From the NCBI GenBank assembly GCA_030704615.1, contig CM060734.1:31434001-31498000 (forward strand): a stretch of 64,000 bases of DNA, given 5' to 3'. This DNA is from Takakia lepidozioides. Taxonomy: Eukaryota; Plantae; Bryophyta. A program made the position numbers and the translations under genes. The notes beneath the pieces were generated by a model. That model had not been told where the DNA came from. It saw only the letters and a list, made by a program, of their open reading frames with translations, and made no database searches. How positions within the stretch are numbered: the stretch's first letter is position 1; the number at the start of each line of letters is the position of its first letter. Positions 35,036-47,103 of this stretch are shown one piece after another.

Positions 35036-35372
35036 ACACCGGCCGTAGCCGGCGTAACTAAAGAGTTAACTAAGAGTCACTTCACCTTGCGGCTACTGCT
35101 CCCTTTCGAGGGCGAGCCCTATGAAAGAACATAGGTGTTGTTGTACCTATTTTAGTACTTAGTTATGAGAGTTTTTGAGTTTACGTTTGTTAGTAATGAG
35201 GGCTTGTTAGTAATGAGGGCTCTGAGGGATCATATGGCGGTGAGGTGTATTTCTTTGAAGCAGTGATGTATGGCGGTGATTGGTATTTTGAAGTTGTTGT
35301 GTAGGGCGTTAATGCTATTGATATGGATGCCTCCTCTTGTGCCTGCAGTGATGATAGTTAGGGGGGCCTGTG
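35036..35372 (-). mobile_element. 3' fragment of family C non-LTR retrotransposon (RLE-like C-terminus) with structured 3' UTR
   Basis: Minus strand reads APLTIITAGTRGGIHINSINALHNNFKIPITAIHHCFKEIHLTAI*SLRALITNKRKLKNSHN* once a 16-bp duplication is removed. It is followed by a hairpin-rich 3' UTR shared with the SINE at 2405-2456 and with 43435-43503. The RLE/Dualen-like assignment is recalled, not searched. Confidence 0.6.
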
Positions 35373-35399
35373 CTCAACTATAAAAGAGGGCTATTGTTA

Positions 35400-37060
35400 T
35401 CAATATATGATGGAAGCCAATTTGTTTGTTTTGTTTTGTAGCGTCGTTAAGATCTCTTGAACTGCAGGCCCAGCCCTGGTGCTTGATGCTGTTGGAAAGC
35501 CCTCGATGATGAGGGGTGCACCGGCTTGATCTCATGATTTTTGGATCCGCGGTGTGGGAGATTTCGAATTTCAAGTACTTTTGGTCGCTGGAAATTTGGG
35601 AAAAATAACAAAGTGGGCTTTTCTGGAGCAATGATTGGCCTTTCATGTGGGAGATTTGGAATTTCAAGAACTTTTGGTTGCTGGAAATTTGTGAAAAATA
35701 GTAAAGTGGATATATCAATATATGAAGCCTCGACAAGGGAGATTGCAAAAATAGCAAAGTGGGCTTTGTTGGAACAATGACGTGGAGATCTCCCAAATTG
35801 CAGGGTCTCTGGATGCATAGGGGATTGCACTTGGACTTAGATGACATTGGACACTCATTGGACACCGGAGGTCGCATTTGGGCCTCTACACGGGAGAAGC
35901 ACTTGGATACATAGAAGATTGCACTTGGGCTTAGATGACAATGGACCTTGGGCCTCTACACCGGAGATGCACTTGGATACAGAGAAGATTGCACTTGGGC
36001 GATACATAGGAAATTGCACTTGGTCTTAGATTTCAATTCCTCACACATGGGCCAATGGCACAGGCTACCCTAGAGGTCCCACATGGGCCGCGACATAGGA
36101 GATGCACTTGGATACATAGGAGATTGCACTTGGGCTTAGATAACATTAGACAATTGGGCCAACGGCACAGGCTACCCTAGTTTTTATGAATTTCCAATGT
36201 CAAAAAATACTTGAATCTGAATATCTCCCACACAGTAGATCCAAAATAATGAAACCACCTCAATGCACATCAAGGGGCCTTCTAGTGGTATTAAGAACCT
36301 AGGCGGAGGCCTTGTGGTTTGGGAGATCTCAATGTACATACAAAATATATAAAACAAACAAGCCACAAACCGCGAGTGGCTCTGTCCATTGAAGCAACAA
36401 TTTTGACAAGCTGCCACGTGGTTTATACTTGAGTGCTTTTTTAGACCAATCATAGTCTTGACTCGATGTAAGGTCCACTGACCACATTTTCTCCATTGAC
36501 TTCAACATGATGCAAAGTCTCTGCCCTGAAGGGACATAGCCAACAAACTACCCTTTTTATGACCATAGTGTGTACCTAAAGACCCAATTTTCTATTTTTC
36601 ATGAATTTCTAGTGACAAATTCAATATCTCCCACACTGTAGGTCGAAAAATTATGAAACCACCTCGATGCACTCTACTCATCGAGGGCTTTCCAGTGGTA
36701 TTAAAAACCCGGACATAGGCCTTGCGGTTTGGGAGATCTCAATGTGCGTACAACAAACAAAGCAAACAAATTATCTTGTCTATGTCTATGTGTACCAAAA
36801 TACAAATGAATGGCCAAAATTCCAGAAAAACGCAATTTGCTATGTTTCATGAATTTCCACTAACAAAAAAATACTTGAAATTCAATATCTCGTACACCGT
36901 AGGTCGAAAAATTATGAAACCACCTCGATGCATCGTTACCCTTCGAGGGCTTTCCAGCGGTATTAGGAACCCGGGCGGAGGCCTTGCGGTTCGGGAGATC
37001 TCAAAGAACATACAAACAAACAAAACAAACAAACTACCTTGCTTAATGAAAATATCGATT
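35400..37060. repeat. Complex repeat block: an inverted unit and three direct about 190-bp units around a minisatellite
   Basis: The unit AATATCTCCCACAC..GAAACCACCTCGATGCA..GAGGGCTTTCCAG..GGGAGATCTCAA..CAAACAAA occurs at about 36185-36365, 36590-36775 and 36840-37040, and inverted at about 35415-35700. The tandem GATTGCACTTGGGC / GGAGATGCACTTGGATACA array spans about 35800-36180. Confidence 0.75.
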
Positions 37061-37791
37061 ACGTCACTGATTAATTGGAGTGTGTCTACCAGGTAAAGAA
37101 AGAAAGAAGGAAATAAGGAAAGACTCGTGGACGTTTCTAGTTTGTAATGATTGTGCTGGGGTGGTTGTCCTTCCAATTGGGAGAAAACAGCAAAGCTAAG
37201 ATTGAGATGCTACTTACTTATAACACCAGTGTCAGCTTAGTTTCAAAGTATAAAGCTACCCCCCTGAAATGCATGGAGCTAATGTACAAGTGCGGATAAT
37301 TGCATGGCACAGTTTGTATTCTGGCACATTAACGATTGGAGACGTGTGAGAGTTGGAAGTGTAATCCATGTTAGGTTCTGGAAAGACAATGATCATGGCT
37401 CCAAACTTGACAGCCCCGGCACACCACAAATGCCGGAAATTAAAAAAAAACATCCTTCATTTCATTTGGGGGTGCTGCTTCAGCCGACAAATTCGCAAGA
37501 CTGGTAGATTCAAATCTGTCTGCATTGGCTTGAAGGACCGGGAGCCCAACATGCCCACTAATAACCAGACATTTTACAGTGATTTCAGACAGTCACTGCC
37601 GTTTTTGCAGAGTGATGAAAGGTACGTTTCATAATTAAATTTGCATAATTTTGCTCATCCCACTGAAACAAATCTGTTGTTTTATTGGTTTAGGTGGACT
37701 TAGACCACCAAGAAAACAGTACAGATCGTGATAGTGACAACAAGACGGTTTTTGGCATAACAGACAAACCTCTTCACATCATACGATAGAA

Positions 37792-37821
37792 TGTACGTTG
37801 TTGTTTGCCGTAGCCTTGTGG
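37792..37821 (-). mobile_element. 30-bp family A micro-insertion (intergenic)
   Basis: TGTACGTTGTTGTTTGCCGTAGCCTTGTGG between a perfect 15-bp repeat CATCATACGATAGAA (37777-37791, 37822-37836). Confidence 0.8.
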
Positions 37822-38329
37822 CATCATACGATAGAAAAGCATTGCAAGTGCTAAGGATTGTGAAGGATTCCTAACAAACTATGTCAACGCTACTTGCCAA
37901 TATATCCTCATTCGTGTGAAATGTTGTGATCTACCTACCGTGTGCACAGAGAGGACCAGTATAGGTGACATTACAGTGTACACATTACCGCAGGAATGAA
38001 AGGGAACGCAGTCAGTCACATACGAGAGAGAGAATAATAGCAACCAACATCATTTGTAAAAGTGCCCTGCTTCTTGCATAATTTGCTTTGTACGTTTTGC
38101 AGTGGTATCCCCCAACTACCGTGACCCTGTTTCCTTCCAGCATGCTTGGAAATGAGTGCCGACAAAATCTGTTATGTGGTCATGCAGTGCGTGATTCTGT
38201 TGATATCCTACATGTGACGTAGCGATTGGAGCAGATTGAGTTGAAGAGCTTCCGGATGAATAGAAAGAGCGGATGTGACAGCATCATGATACGAAATGGG
38301 ACTAAATTAGAGAATCAGCTGATTTTATA

Positions 38330-41300
38330 ATGGTACACTGGTCTCACATGGGCGGCCTGCACCCTCGCTTCCCGCCTTCCAGGAACCCGAGCTCCCTCTC
38401 TAGTCGTGTGCACCTTAGTCTGGGACTGCAGAGTGGTCTGCTTCAGATTCAGCGTTACCCACCTCCAAGAATTCACCATTGGGCACTTCAAGCACATAAA
38501 AATCAGGCTGAGGTCCAACACACACGAAGAGTCTGCCTCCCCACAGCGTGTCTTGGCAGCTTCAGCTTGCCAGGCGCATTGGCAACTTTGCAAGGGAGGG
38601 CTGGGGGGCTGGGCCTGCATCGAGGAGCTTCCGGGCAACGAGCCATGGTAGCCACAGGGACCATGGGCCTGGCAGAAGGTGTGGAGTTTCCCGCAACCAA
38701 GCTGGGGTATTTTGATGACATGTGGCTGCTGCAAGCCCCTGCCACTATCCTATCTGTGCTTCCGGTTGACACCCAGTCTCCCCTTGTAGCCATTTCCGAT
38801 ATTCCATGTTATCAAACGCTAAATTGCTACCTGCCTGGAGATTCTGTGGAATAGGCACATACACTACCTTGCCACCACAGATTGGGGATAATTCTTGGCT
38901 ACATGGGTCTGCTAAAGCGTACTTTGACTCTAGTGGTGGTTGTGACCTTTGGAATCCGATAAAGACTTGAGCTTGCCTTTCTCATTTCACTTATATATGT
39001 GATGCTGGCACGGTCAGAGTGGGAGAAGGATTGCTAGTACGGGCTGCCCATTTTGTGACACCTCTGTTAGGTTTGGAGGAATGTAGGGCGTCGCAGGGTA
39101 ATGTAGCAGAGAATTTTGTCCCTCTGTCTCTCTTTCCCGTTTCCTCTGTTCCCTCTTTATATTATTCATTGGTGTCACTATTCGACAGGAAGGGGACCGG
39201 GTTGGTGTGATTTTGGACCGGACCATTCTGTACGCCCAAGGGGGTGGCCAGCCCTGCGACACAGGCTGCATTGCATCCCGGGATGGGCATCTCAGATTCA
39301 GTGTGCAGGATGTACGATCAAAATCTGGCGTGGTAACTCTGGGCTACCCCTTAACCACCGAGATTCACTTCACCGAGATTTTTGGTTCCCCCGAAGCGAA
39401 TGTGTAGTCAGTGCGAACAGACTGGGTATAATAAATGCCGTGGGTGCTGGAACATTCCCGTGGTCACTGTGGTCACTGTGGTCACTGTCGGGAAGATAAT
39501 TCAATGCTTTAGTGGATGGTCCCATTGAGACTTGAGTCAGCAGAAAATTGTGGCCTCATTAAAAGTGGGTTATACTTATGCTACCTAGATCTTGAAAAGC
39601 GAAATGAAAACCTGAGGATCATTTTCAGCGTCATGATGCAGTAATATCCTTGGAAGGCAGATATCGACATTAGATCATGTAGGAGGGGCTGGGAACACCA
39701 GGAACTGGATTGGAAGTTACACAGGTGCTGTTGTCACACTAGTTATATGAAACATTCATTGTTCCATAGAGCCACCCGATTCACCAACCATTTAGGTTCT
39801 GAGATTATTGCACACACGAGTTGCTGAGCAAGCTCTGTCGCATGACAGGTGTATCACTATGGCTATTTTGATAGCCCAGAGTCAGACAAAGTACCATCTT
39901 TTCAAAGAGGGCAGGAGGTCATGGTTCTTGTAGATAGTGACCGGCGCACATTTAATTCCAGGTGAGTGCATCCTACCTCATTATCACCTGCAAAAGTTAT
40001 CAGTATTTTGTGTATCTACTAATGTAAGGATATCAGTTCTCTCTCTCTCACTCTCTCCCTCCCTCTTCAGCATAAAATCTCCCTGAACTTATTTCCAGTT
40101 TGTGACAAGGGTGAGGACCTTAAGGATGAGCTGAAGGGCCTACCTGCCCACGGCACTGTACCGAAATTCAAACTCAAGGTGGGAGTCTTCCTTTGAACAA
40201 AAAACAGATGCAGAGAGGAAAGGGAGATTGTCAATGCCCAATGCCTGAAGACAATATCCACTTTCTGAAACAATGCAGGGTATTCTCATCAGAGAGTGAC
40301 CCTCTTCAGGACCATTCAACACATAGTCCCTGTACCTTTGTTCACCAACCTTCAAAATCTTGAGGCTGAGCCTAAAGCCCTGGCTCTGTTGGGGTCTAAT
40401 TGCTGGGGAGAGCCCACACACAGGAATACTACTGTGAAGGATTTTGAGAGGAAATCTGGAAAGCCTAAGCCAATTGTTTATACCAAGGTAAGTCCCACTA
40501 CTGTAGTGAGCCCTGTAGTGTCTGTTCCCTCGTGTTCCGCCCAAACTGGGTGTGGGGTTTATGGCCACAAGTCTACGGCAAACAACGTCTTAAGAGTGTA
40601 TTCTCTCTCTCTTCCTCCACCCCGACCTGCACCTCTATATTTATGTTCATTTGTTTGTGTTTGGTGATGGCGTATTTGTCCACCTCTTTCTATGATGTCC
40701 AAAGTGAATGATGGACTGTCTCAGAGATGTTACTCTCTTGTTCCTTCCAGCAATTGTTTCATCTTTTGCAGTTTCTCTGATTTGATGTGGATATGTTTTT
40801 CATAATATTACCTTCTCACAGGCAAGAGCAAAAAGTAGTAGTGACAGGCAGTGTCTGGTAGATCAAGGAGGATGGAGAGTGTAGCACATGGATTGAGGTG
40901 TTTTAGAGGGGGTGTTGGAGGACAGGTTACATACAGCTGGGCATCTACTGGATGCATGTATGAGCAATGTGGGATTGGCCGCTTTGGAGCCTGGGAAAGG
41001 CCATCATTTTCCTGATGGGTGGGAATGCTCCCCCCTCTTTCCTGGCCCTCACTTGTACTTATGTGCTTTCTTTGTGGCAAGTGTCAGGTTCCTTGTGAGT
41101 CTTCCAATGCCCTGCAGTGACAGGAGAGCCGAGACTGTATGTACTGGTGACTGTATGTACTAAGAGGGAGGGGGAAGGGATGAGTAAGAGAGGTAGCAAG
41201 GAAGAAAGACCAGTGGCTGCATGTTTCTTGTATGGCACCACCATGTGAAAAAATTCTGATTATAAGAGGAGGGGTGGTTGGGCTGCAGGCCATTTGTCGA

Positions 41301-42660
41301 ATACAAGGGGACCATTCCAGCAACCGAGATAGAGAACAAGCGTGGTGCCTTGGAGGCGGAAGCAAATCGGCTGGTGGCAGCCGGGGGCCATGTATGTGTA
41401 TTCTGTCTATTTACATGCACACCTCACACTGGAAATGGGTTTGGTTGCGAAACAGGTGTGTGAAGTGCCGGTGGGATCTATCAAGCATCTATGAAGGCTA
41501 GCAATGTGTTCTCTCCATTTTCATCCTTGTTTGCTATGGTCCATCCAGGTAGGATGTGTTCTCTTGATATTGTTCCTCAGCTAGAGAGCAATGACTGTGT
41601 TTTAGTTCCATCATATCGTTTGAATGTTATTACTACGATTGAGGTGACCAGTGACCTCTCTTCTCTAGACATGGGAAACCCTCCCTGAATTGCTGAAACT
41701 GATGAGATGCTGGAAATGGTGGATGGTGCAGGTGCGTGCTGTGGTAGCTCCCTACTTAGAAGCTGCAGCCTTATGTGGTGGAATTCTGCCTGACTACATT
41801 CCCAAGGTTCCATGCCACGTCATGTTGCCATGTTTCAGCTCTGCAGATTGCATTTCAGTCCTGCACACTCTATTCATCCTACATCTCTGTTATGGGACAA
41901 ATGTACATCAAAAGAGAAACAGAGAGACAGAGAACCACATAGATGTATAAAAGAGAGAAACAAACAGTTGGGTGGGGATCTAGGTGGCAAAGAGTTTTGC
42001 AGGAGATGAGCTGCATGAATGATTGTGTTGTTGGGTATGTGGCAGGAGAGCTGCCCTCGCGTTGTCAGTCTGGGAGACAATCCAGGATGCCCTTGTGGAG
42101 GAACCCATGTTGCTGACCTCTCAGAAATCGGGAGTATTAATGTCTCTCTTTCTCTCCCTCTCTCTCCCATTTGCCCTCATGTGTTAGAAAGTTTCTGTCT
42201 CTGTGTCTCTCTCTTTTCCCAACAGAACAAACAGTCAAATCAAAACCTTAATCAGTATCAAGCCAGGAAGTTTCTTTTGTTTGTGCTTTCTCTATGTGAG
42301 CACATGCTAGCAAATTGAACAGTATCAATGTGTTCAGGCGGCAGTTTTTGCAGGCTATTTTGTTTACAGAAGAGATTGAAGGTAAGGTGTTTTGTTACGC
42401 ATGGGGAGAGCCTTGAAAACTAGGGGTAGGGTAGTATCATTGTGAACTTTCAGGTGAAGTTTTGTCTTTGTCATGCATTTGCAGCTCAGAGATGATGAAT
42501 AGAGTGCTTTTGCTGCACTAGTGTCAGGTGAATTGTCTTGATGAGAGAGGACAAGGAGGGGTACTGATGCAAAGCTGATGGTGATCCACAGGTCACACAG
42601 ATTCGCGTGAAAAAGGGTGTCACTAAAGTGTCATACAATTTGGAATCTGCTTCTGCATAA
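38330..42660 (+). CDS. AlaX-type free-standing alanyl-tRNA editing protein (Thr/Ala-tRNA synthetase SAD domain), 8 coding exons
   Basis: Exons: 38330-38764 (..EFPATKLGYFDDMWLLQAPATILSVLP), 39189-39332 (ILDRTILYAQGGGQPCDTG), 39849-39961, 40926-41018 (RLHTAGHLLD, HxxxH), 41289-41392, 41732-41806, 42046-42141 (CPCGGTHV, CxxxH) and 42592-42660 (VTQIRVKKGVTKVSY..*). The start codon is uncertain (38330, 38645 or 38663). Confidence 0.93.
40068..40600 (+). mobile_element. 5'-truncated LINE family A copy in an AlaX intron
   Basis: Homologous to 26220-26770 (..VPVPLFTNLQNLEAEPKALALL..SAQTGCGVYGHKSTANNVL). Flanked on both sides by TTCTCTCTCTCT. Confidence 0.85.
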
Positions 42661-43086
42661 AGCATCAGGTGTTTATGGAAAACGTCAAATGGAAGCCCTC
42701 CACGCCATGTCCCATAAGCCCACCATTTTTGTACTGATTTACTTCACCATGGGAGATGCCTCCCTACACCAAATGTTCTTGTAAGTTCACAAGAAATGAA
42801 CAAGGAGATAACAAGTCAAAACGAGTTAAAGGGCAGCATTGCATGCCCAGCTGTAGGGAGATTCTTGGCCATGGCCTTTACTTACATGTACTATGTGTAT
42901 TCAGCTGACCGCTGACAACTCGGGACTATGAGGACATGTTTTTTCAACTCTTACAGTCTATCCTCCCTAATTGTTCCCTCTATATGTGTTAACCCTCTTT
43001 ATCTGCCATCTATTTTTCACTCCCGAAGATTTCACAAAGCAAGTGTTCTGTGTTATGTGATGATGTTTTTGTACTCCCTCCTTTAC

Positions 43087-43180
43087 AGGCACTTGGGCAG
43101 GTAGCCCAGTGGTTGGGTATTTGTGCCTTGCCTGTACATAACCTGGGTGATCCTGGGCTCAATCCTTCAACATGTGCCTT
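43087..43180 (+). mobile_element. Degenerate tRNA-derived SINE head
   Basis: A-box TAGCCCAGTGG (43102-43112), B-box-like GGCTCAATCC (43156-43165) and terminal pairing AGGCAC/GTGCCT. No clear TSD or cloverleaf. Confidence 0.45.
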
Positions 43181-43434
43181 AACCGTCCATTGGCCCCTCC
43201 TGTAAATTTACAGGACGCCTGTTTAACAAGATGCATTACAAGACAACTTGTTCTAAGTGTCATGCCCTCATGACATATATCAATTAGATCTGTCAGCTCC
43301 TTGATTTTACTTAACATGGGGATCATTCAAACTCTTTGAAGTGTTAGATTCCCGTTTTCCATGTAAGTGTTCCTTCTCTTAAGTGTGATATTTGAAAGAT
43401 TCTTACTCTATATCTGTTATGATGTTAAATATCT

Positions 43435-43503
43435 CCGGCCAAAGCCGGTGTAACTAAGAGCCACTAACTTCTAAGAGCCACTTCGCCTTGTGGCTACTGC
43501 CCT
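43435..43503 (-). mobile_element. Isolated structured 3' tail of family C / SINE
   Basis: The reverse complement GCAGTAGCCACAAGGCGAAGTGGCTCTTAG..AGTTACACCGGCTTTGGCCGG is homologous to 35039-35099. Confidence 0.7.
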
Positions 43504-43849
43504 CTTATATGTGTTACATTTTTTCTACTTCCCAGGTGTAACACATATAGAGGGAGGACTGCACTAACCTCCCCAGAAAAATGACCAGTGTTTTAATTTC
43601 TAATGAAAGAGCTGGTTTTCGTTGATCAGACAATATAGGATCAAAGATCCCTGATGTGGGTAAGGCCCTTCACTATTGCTACGTTTGTCTCCTTAACTTA
43701 AGCATAGCTCCTCCTAAATTTAGTCAGAGGAACAAAGGACCTGAGTAATCTGCATTTGCATGTGAGCTCGTCTCTTGTGTCTTACCTTAAAGGTCAACAA
43801 TGATGTGTACGTGCGAGTTTTGGTTACTGAAGAGGTTGAACCTCTGGAC

Positions 43850-44121
43850 CAGTGTTTTTTTTCTTGGCGAAAAATCGCCAAATGGCCAAAACATTAAAAT
43901 AGAATATTATGTCGAAAATTCCCTGTTTTTCCATGGATGAAATCGCCAAACTTTTACAAGGAAAAAAAAAAGATGGATGAATTCGCCAAATGTGGATGAT
44001 ATAAATGGATGAAAGTACATATGAGGATGATTCTATCCAAATTTTCAATGGATGAACATAATATATAGCTATTTCTTGTAGCCACTCGTGCTATTTTTCA
44101 AATTTAAGAAAAAAATCACTG
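43850..44121. mobile_element. hAT-type MITE with perfect 8-bp TSD
   Basis: Termini CAGTGTTTTTT ... AAAAAATCACTG. TSD CTCTGGAC (43842-43849, 44122-44129). Internal GGATGA/TCGCCAAA repeats. A related copy lies inverted at 54026-54292. Confidence 0.9.
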
Positions 44122-46929
44122 CTCTGGACTTAACACTCTAGATACACCCTCTGGATAGTAAATGGTAATAGTAATGTCATATGCACTAGATCGTAGCCTT
44201 GAGGAGCCTGGGTCATTAGACTTTACAGGAAGGACCTTGTTGCTTGCACCTTTACCTCGCGGATATGATTTTGGTGGAGAGCAGCAATAGAATGGACTGT
44301 GACGGAAGATCACTCGAAAGTGATGTCATCTTCCCGCAACCATGCGCTCTCCATCACCCAGATACCATTATGCTAGTGTGTCCATGAACTATGCAGTCTA
44401 CTTGGCTCCGAGACAAAATTGTCAGGCCAAATGAGAACGAGGTGCAGCATTGTATTGGGACGCAGAATGGGCAGATTCAACTACCCCATTTGTCCGAGAG
44501 TTGCAGCCATCCATAAGGCTGCTGCAGTCTCTGGAGATCTTCACGTGAGCACTCAACCTACTTATATAAAATCTCAGGAGACCGACACTAACCAGAGAGA
44601 AGACAGAGAAGAGCGAGGAATGATTCATGAATACCAGACAAGGCTACCACGGGCTGCTCTCCTGTTATCTCCTAACCAGCAGCTAACCAACTGGTTAACC
44701 ACCTACCTACTAACTCTAACTGGACGATGAGTAAGCAAGCACCTAACAACCTAACGGAGCTCGGCGTGACGTGGCACTGCGTCTGTTTCGCCACAACCAC
44801 CAGCATTGTGGTTTCTCATCCATCCAATCGCCGAGTAAGGACGAACAGTGTCGTTCGTTGTGGGTTCTTCGTCCGACCATGCCGTACATGCGCAGGCATG
44901 TACGCGCCCCCGTCGTTTTACCGTATTCCCTGACATCGTACGTATTGCTGCAGAGCTTTTGACTTTTGACCGTGTTACTGAGTCGGATTGATTATTATTA
45001 ATTTTGTTTTTCACTGTACTTGGATGACGGATGACAACTCGCTGTTAGTGGACATCATCCATCCAGAAGGAAGTGGCTTCCATTTATCTCATCCAATGAT
45101 TAGCGAAAAGAAGTGCGGGAAAATATGGGGTGACTGGGAGTACCAGTCATAAAGCGCGCCCGTGACCGGCTGGTAGTCTGTTAGGCAGCAGTTAGCGTAG
45201 CAGTGTGGTAAAGCTCAGAAATCACGTCGATAAGTTACTCGACAGTCCTCCTTGGACTACCCAACTCAGTGTGTGGATCATGGCAGTTTTAGGGTTGAAG
45301 GTTTGGTTGAAAGAGGTGAAGAGAAGGGCGAGGTGCTTGCAGCTTTTGGCCCTGGAGATATCCTTGTGATATCTTGTGCTTGTCTCCATGGCAGCCTACT
45401 TAAGTCTGGGAAAGGGGAGGTGGTTGGATACAAGTTTGTACTGGCCATGGCCTCTTCTTTCATTCTTCCCTTCTGTGATCTCTCCAGAAAATATCCTTCA
45501 GAACTTAGAAGAAACCTCAAAAGGGGAGGTCTATGGTGAAACTTAGCTGGCGGGCCCCTCGGGTGGAGCAATGCAGGTGATCAGTGCTGTAGCTTGAAGG
45601 TCGGTGTGGTGGATGTGTGGGCCCTTGTGTGCCATTTTGGTGGGTAAGGGGTAAGGGGTAAGGGGCTGCTTTGTCGACGGACAATTAATAGTAGACCCAA
45701 AGATAAATTGCTATTCCCTGAATGATAACCCTCTTGTGCAACACATGAAATATTCTCAAACCTTCTCCACAGGGACAATCTGTTCATTTCATTAGTCATG
45801 AAAGTGTGTGATCTGTAGTAAGATTTTAGGTCTAAACGTCTACACTACAGATGGGATGATCGGATGGGATGTAGTGTGTTGATAAAAACAACTCTGTAAA
45901 GCTTTATAAAAGACCCAAATGAGGTGATATTTCTATATATATTTTTCTCAACTTGTAGCATGCAAAAGATAATGCCGCATAGCTTTATAAAAAGACCCAA
46001 GTGGGGTGACCATACAAATAGGTAAAACTGTCCCCAAGAGGAGAAACAAAATCTCATAGAGCTAGATATATTGACAAAAAGAAATCAAAGTGTTCTATCA
46101 CATACCTACATACTGCCTGAAGAAGGTCAGACAACAGGAAAGAGGATGGGTCAGAAAATGCCGGTTAAGTTCAGAAGACATTTGCCACTTATTATTATAA
46201 AAAACTACAAAGAGCTAGTAGCGGTGTCAGCTCATATGAAAAGTGTCCCTGCTTGATAGGTGCTTTGATGGGCTTCATCTTTCCTGCATGCCATTGAAAT
46301 TACCACCAAAATTGTGATAAACAGTTTTTTTAGTTTTGCAGTAAATGAACAGTAATGGAGAGTAACACGTTCACAAGAGAGTCTAGCCCCAACCCAAGGC
46401 TCTGTGGATTGGGTTTGCCAGTTTCTGATTGGGTGGAGAAGCTGCAGAAAATATCACTGGCCCGGCAATGAGCCAGTGGGAAGCCTGGCAAATGATTCTG
46501 CTTGGGATTCGTCTTGGGAGTCGGCAACCAAAACCTTGGAGGGGGAGTCTAAGGGAGGGAAGGTAATTAATACTAGGGCGAAAGAAAGAGAAAGTAGAAA
46601 GAAGGAGAGGGGTGGGGAACGAGAGGTAGGAGCTTTCCCAGAGAGTGTCAGAAAGGGCGGTGACAGGGGGCGGGGCACGAGAGGAGAGAGAGGGATTGTG
46701 CAGCCCCACAGGCAGGCAGGGGGCCTGCACTTTTTGAGCCTCGGGATAACTTCGAGTTGCGAGAGACGCGCTGGTGAAGGCTGCCATTAGTGTGTCGCGG
46801 AAGGATGCTGGTAGCTAGCTGGTGGGGGGGAAGGAGGAGAGTTGGTGTGAGCAAGGCAGTGCAGCCGTCTGTGATGGATGGCGGATTGGTTAGATTGAAG
46901 TCGTTTGGATAGGTCGTGATAGTGGATCC

Positions 46930-46955
46930 TTGTTGTTGTTGTTGTTGTTGTTGTT
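46930..46955 (+). repeat. (GTT)n microsatellite upstream of the 47104 ORF
   Basis: TTGTTGTTGTTGTTGTTGTTGTTGTT run. Confidence 0.9.
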
Positions 46956-47103
46956 ACCATCCCTTCCTCAGTGGTGACAGATTATGGGGGCAAGCGGTAG
47001 ACAGATGAGGTATGGAAGTCGGGGTGTGGCGTGGGCAGGCATGTGGGTGTGGTGTTGAAGGTGATGGAGGGCGGGTGAGATATGTAGGAAGCAGGGGAGA
47101 TAG

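Noticed and set aside
35374-35877. 167-aa and 127-aa ORFs as genes
   Set aside because: They are chance frames across the repeat block, with repeated peptides that mirror the DNA repeat units.
45485-45500. Evening element upstream of the PCH1-like gene
   Set aside because: The sequence is AAAATATCC, not AAAATATCT, so it gives no real support.
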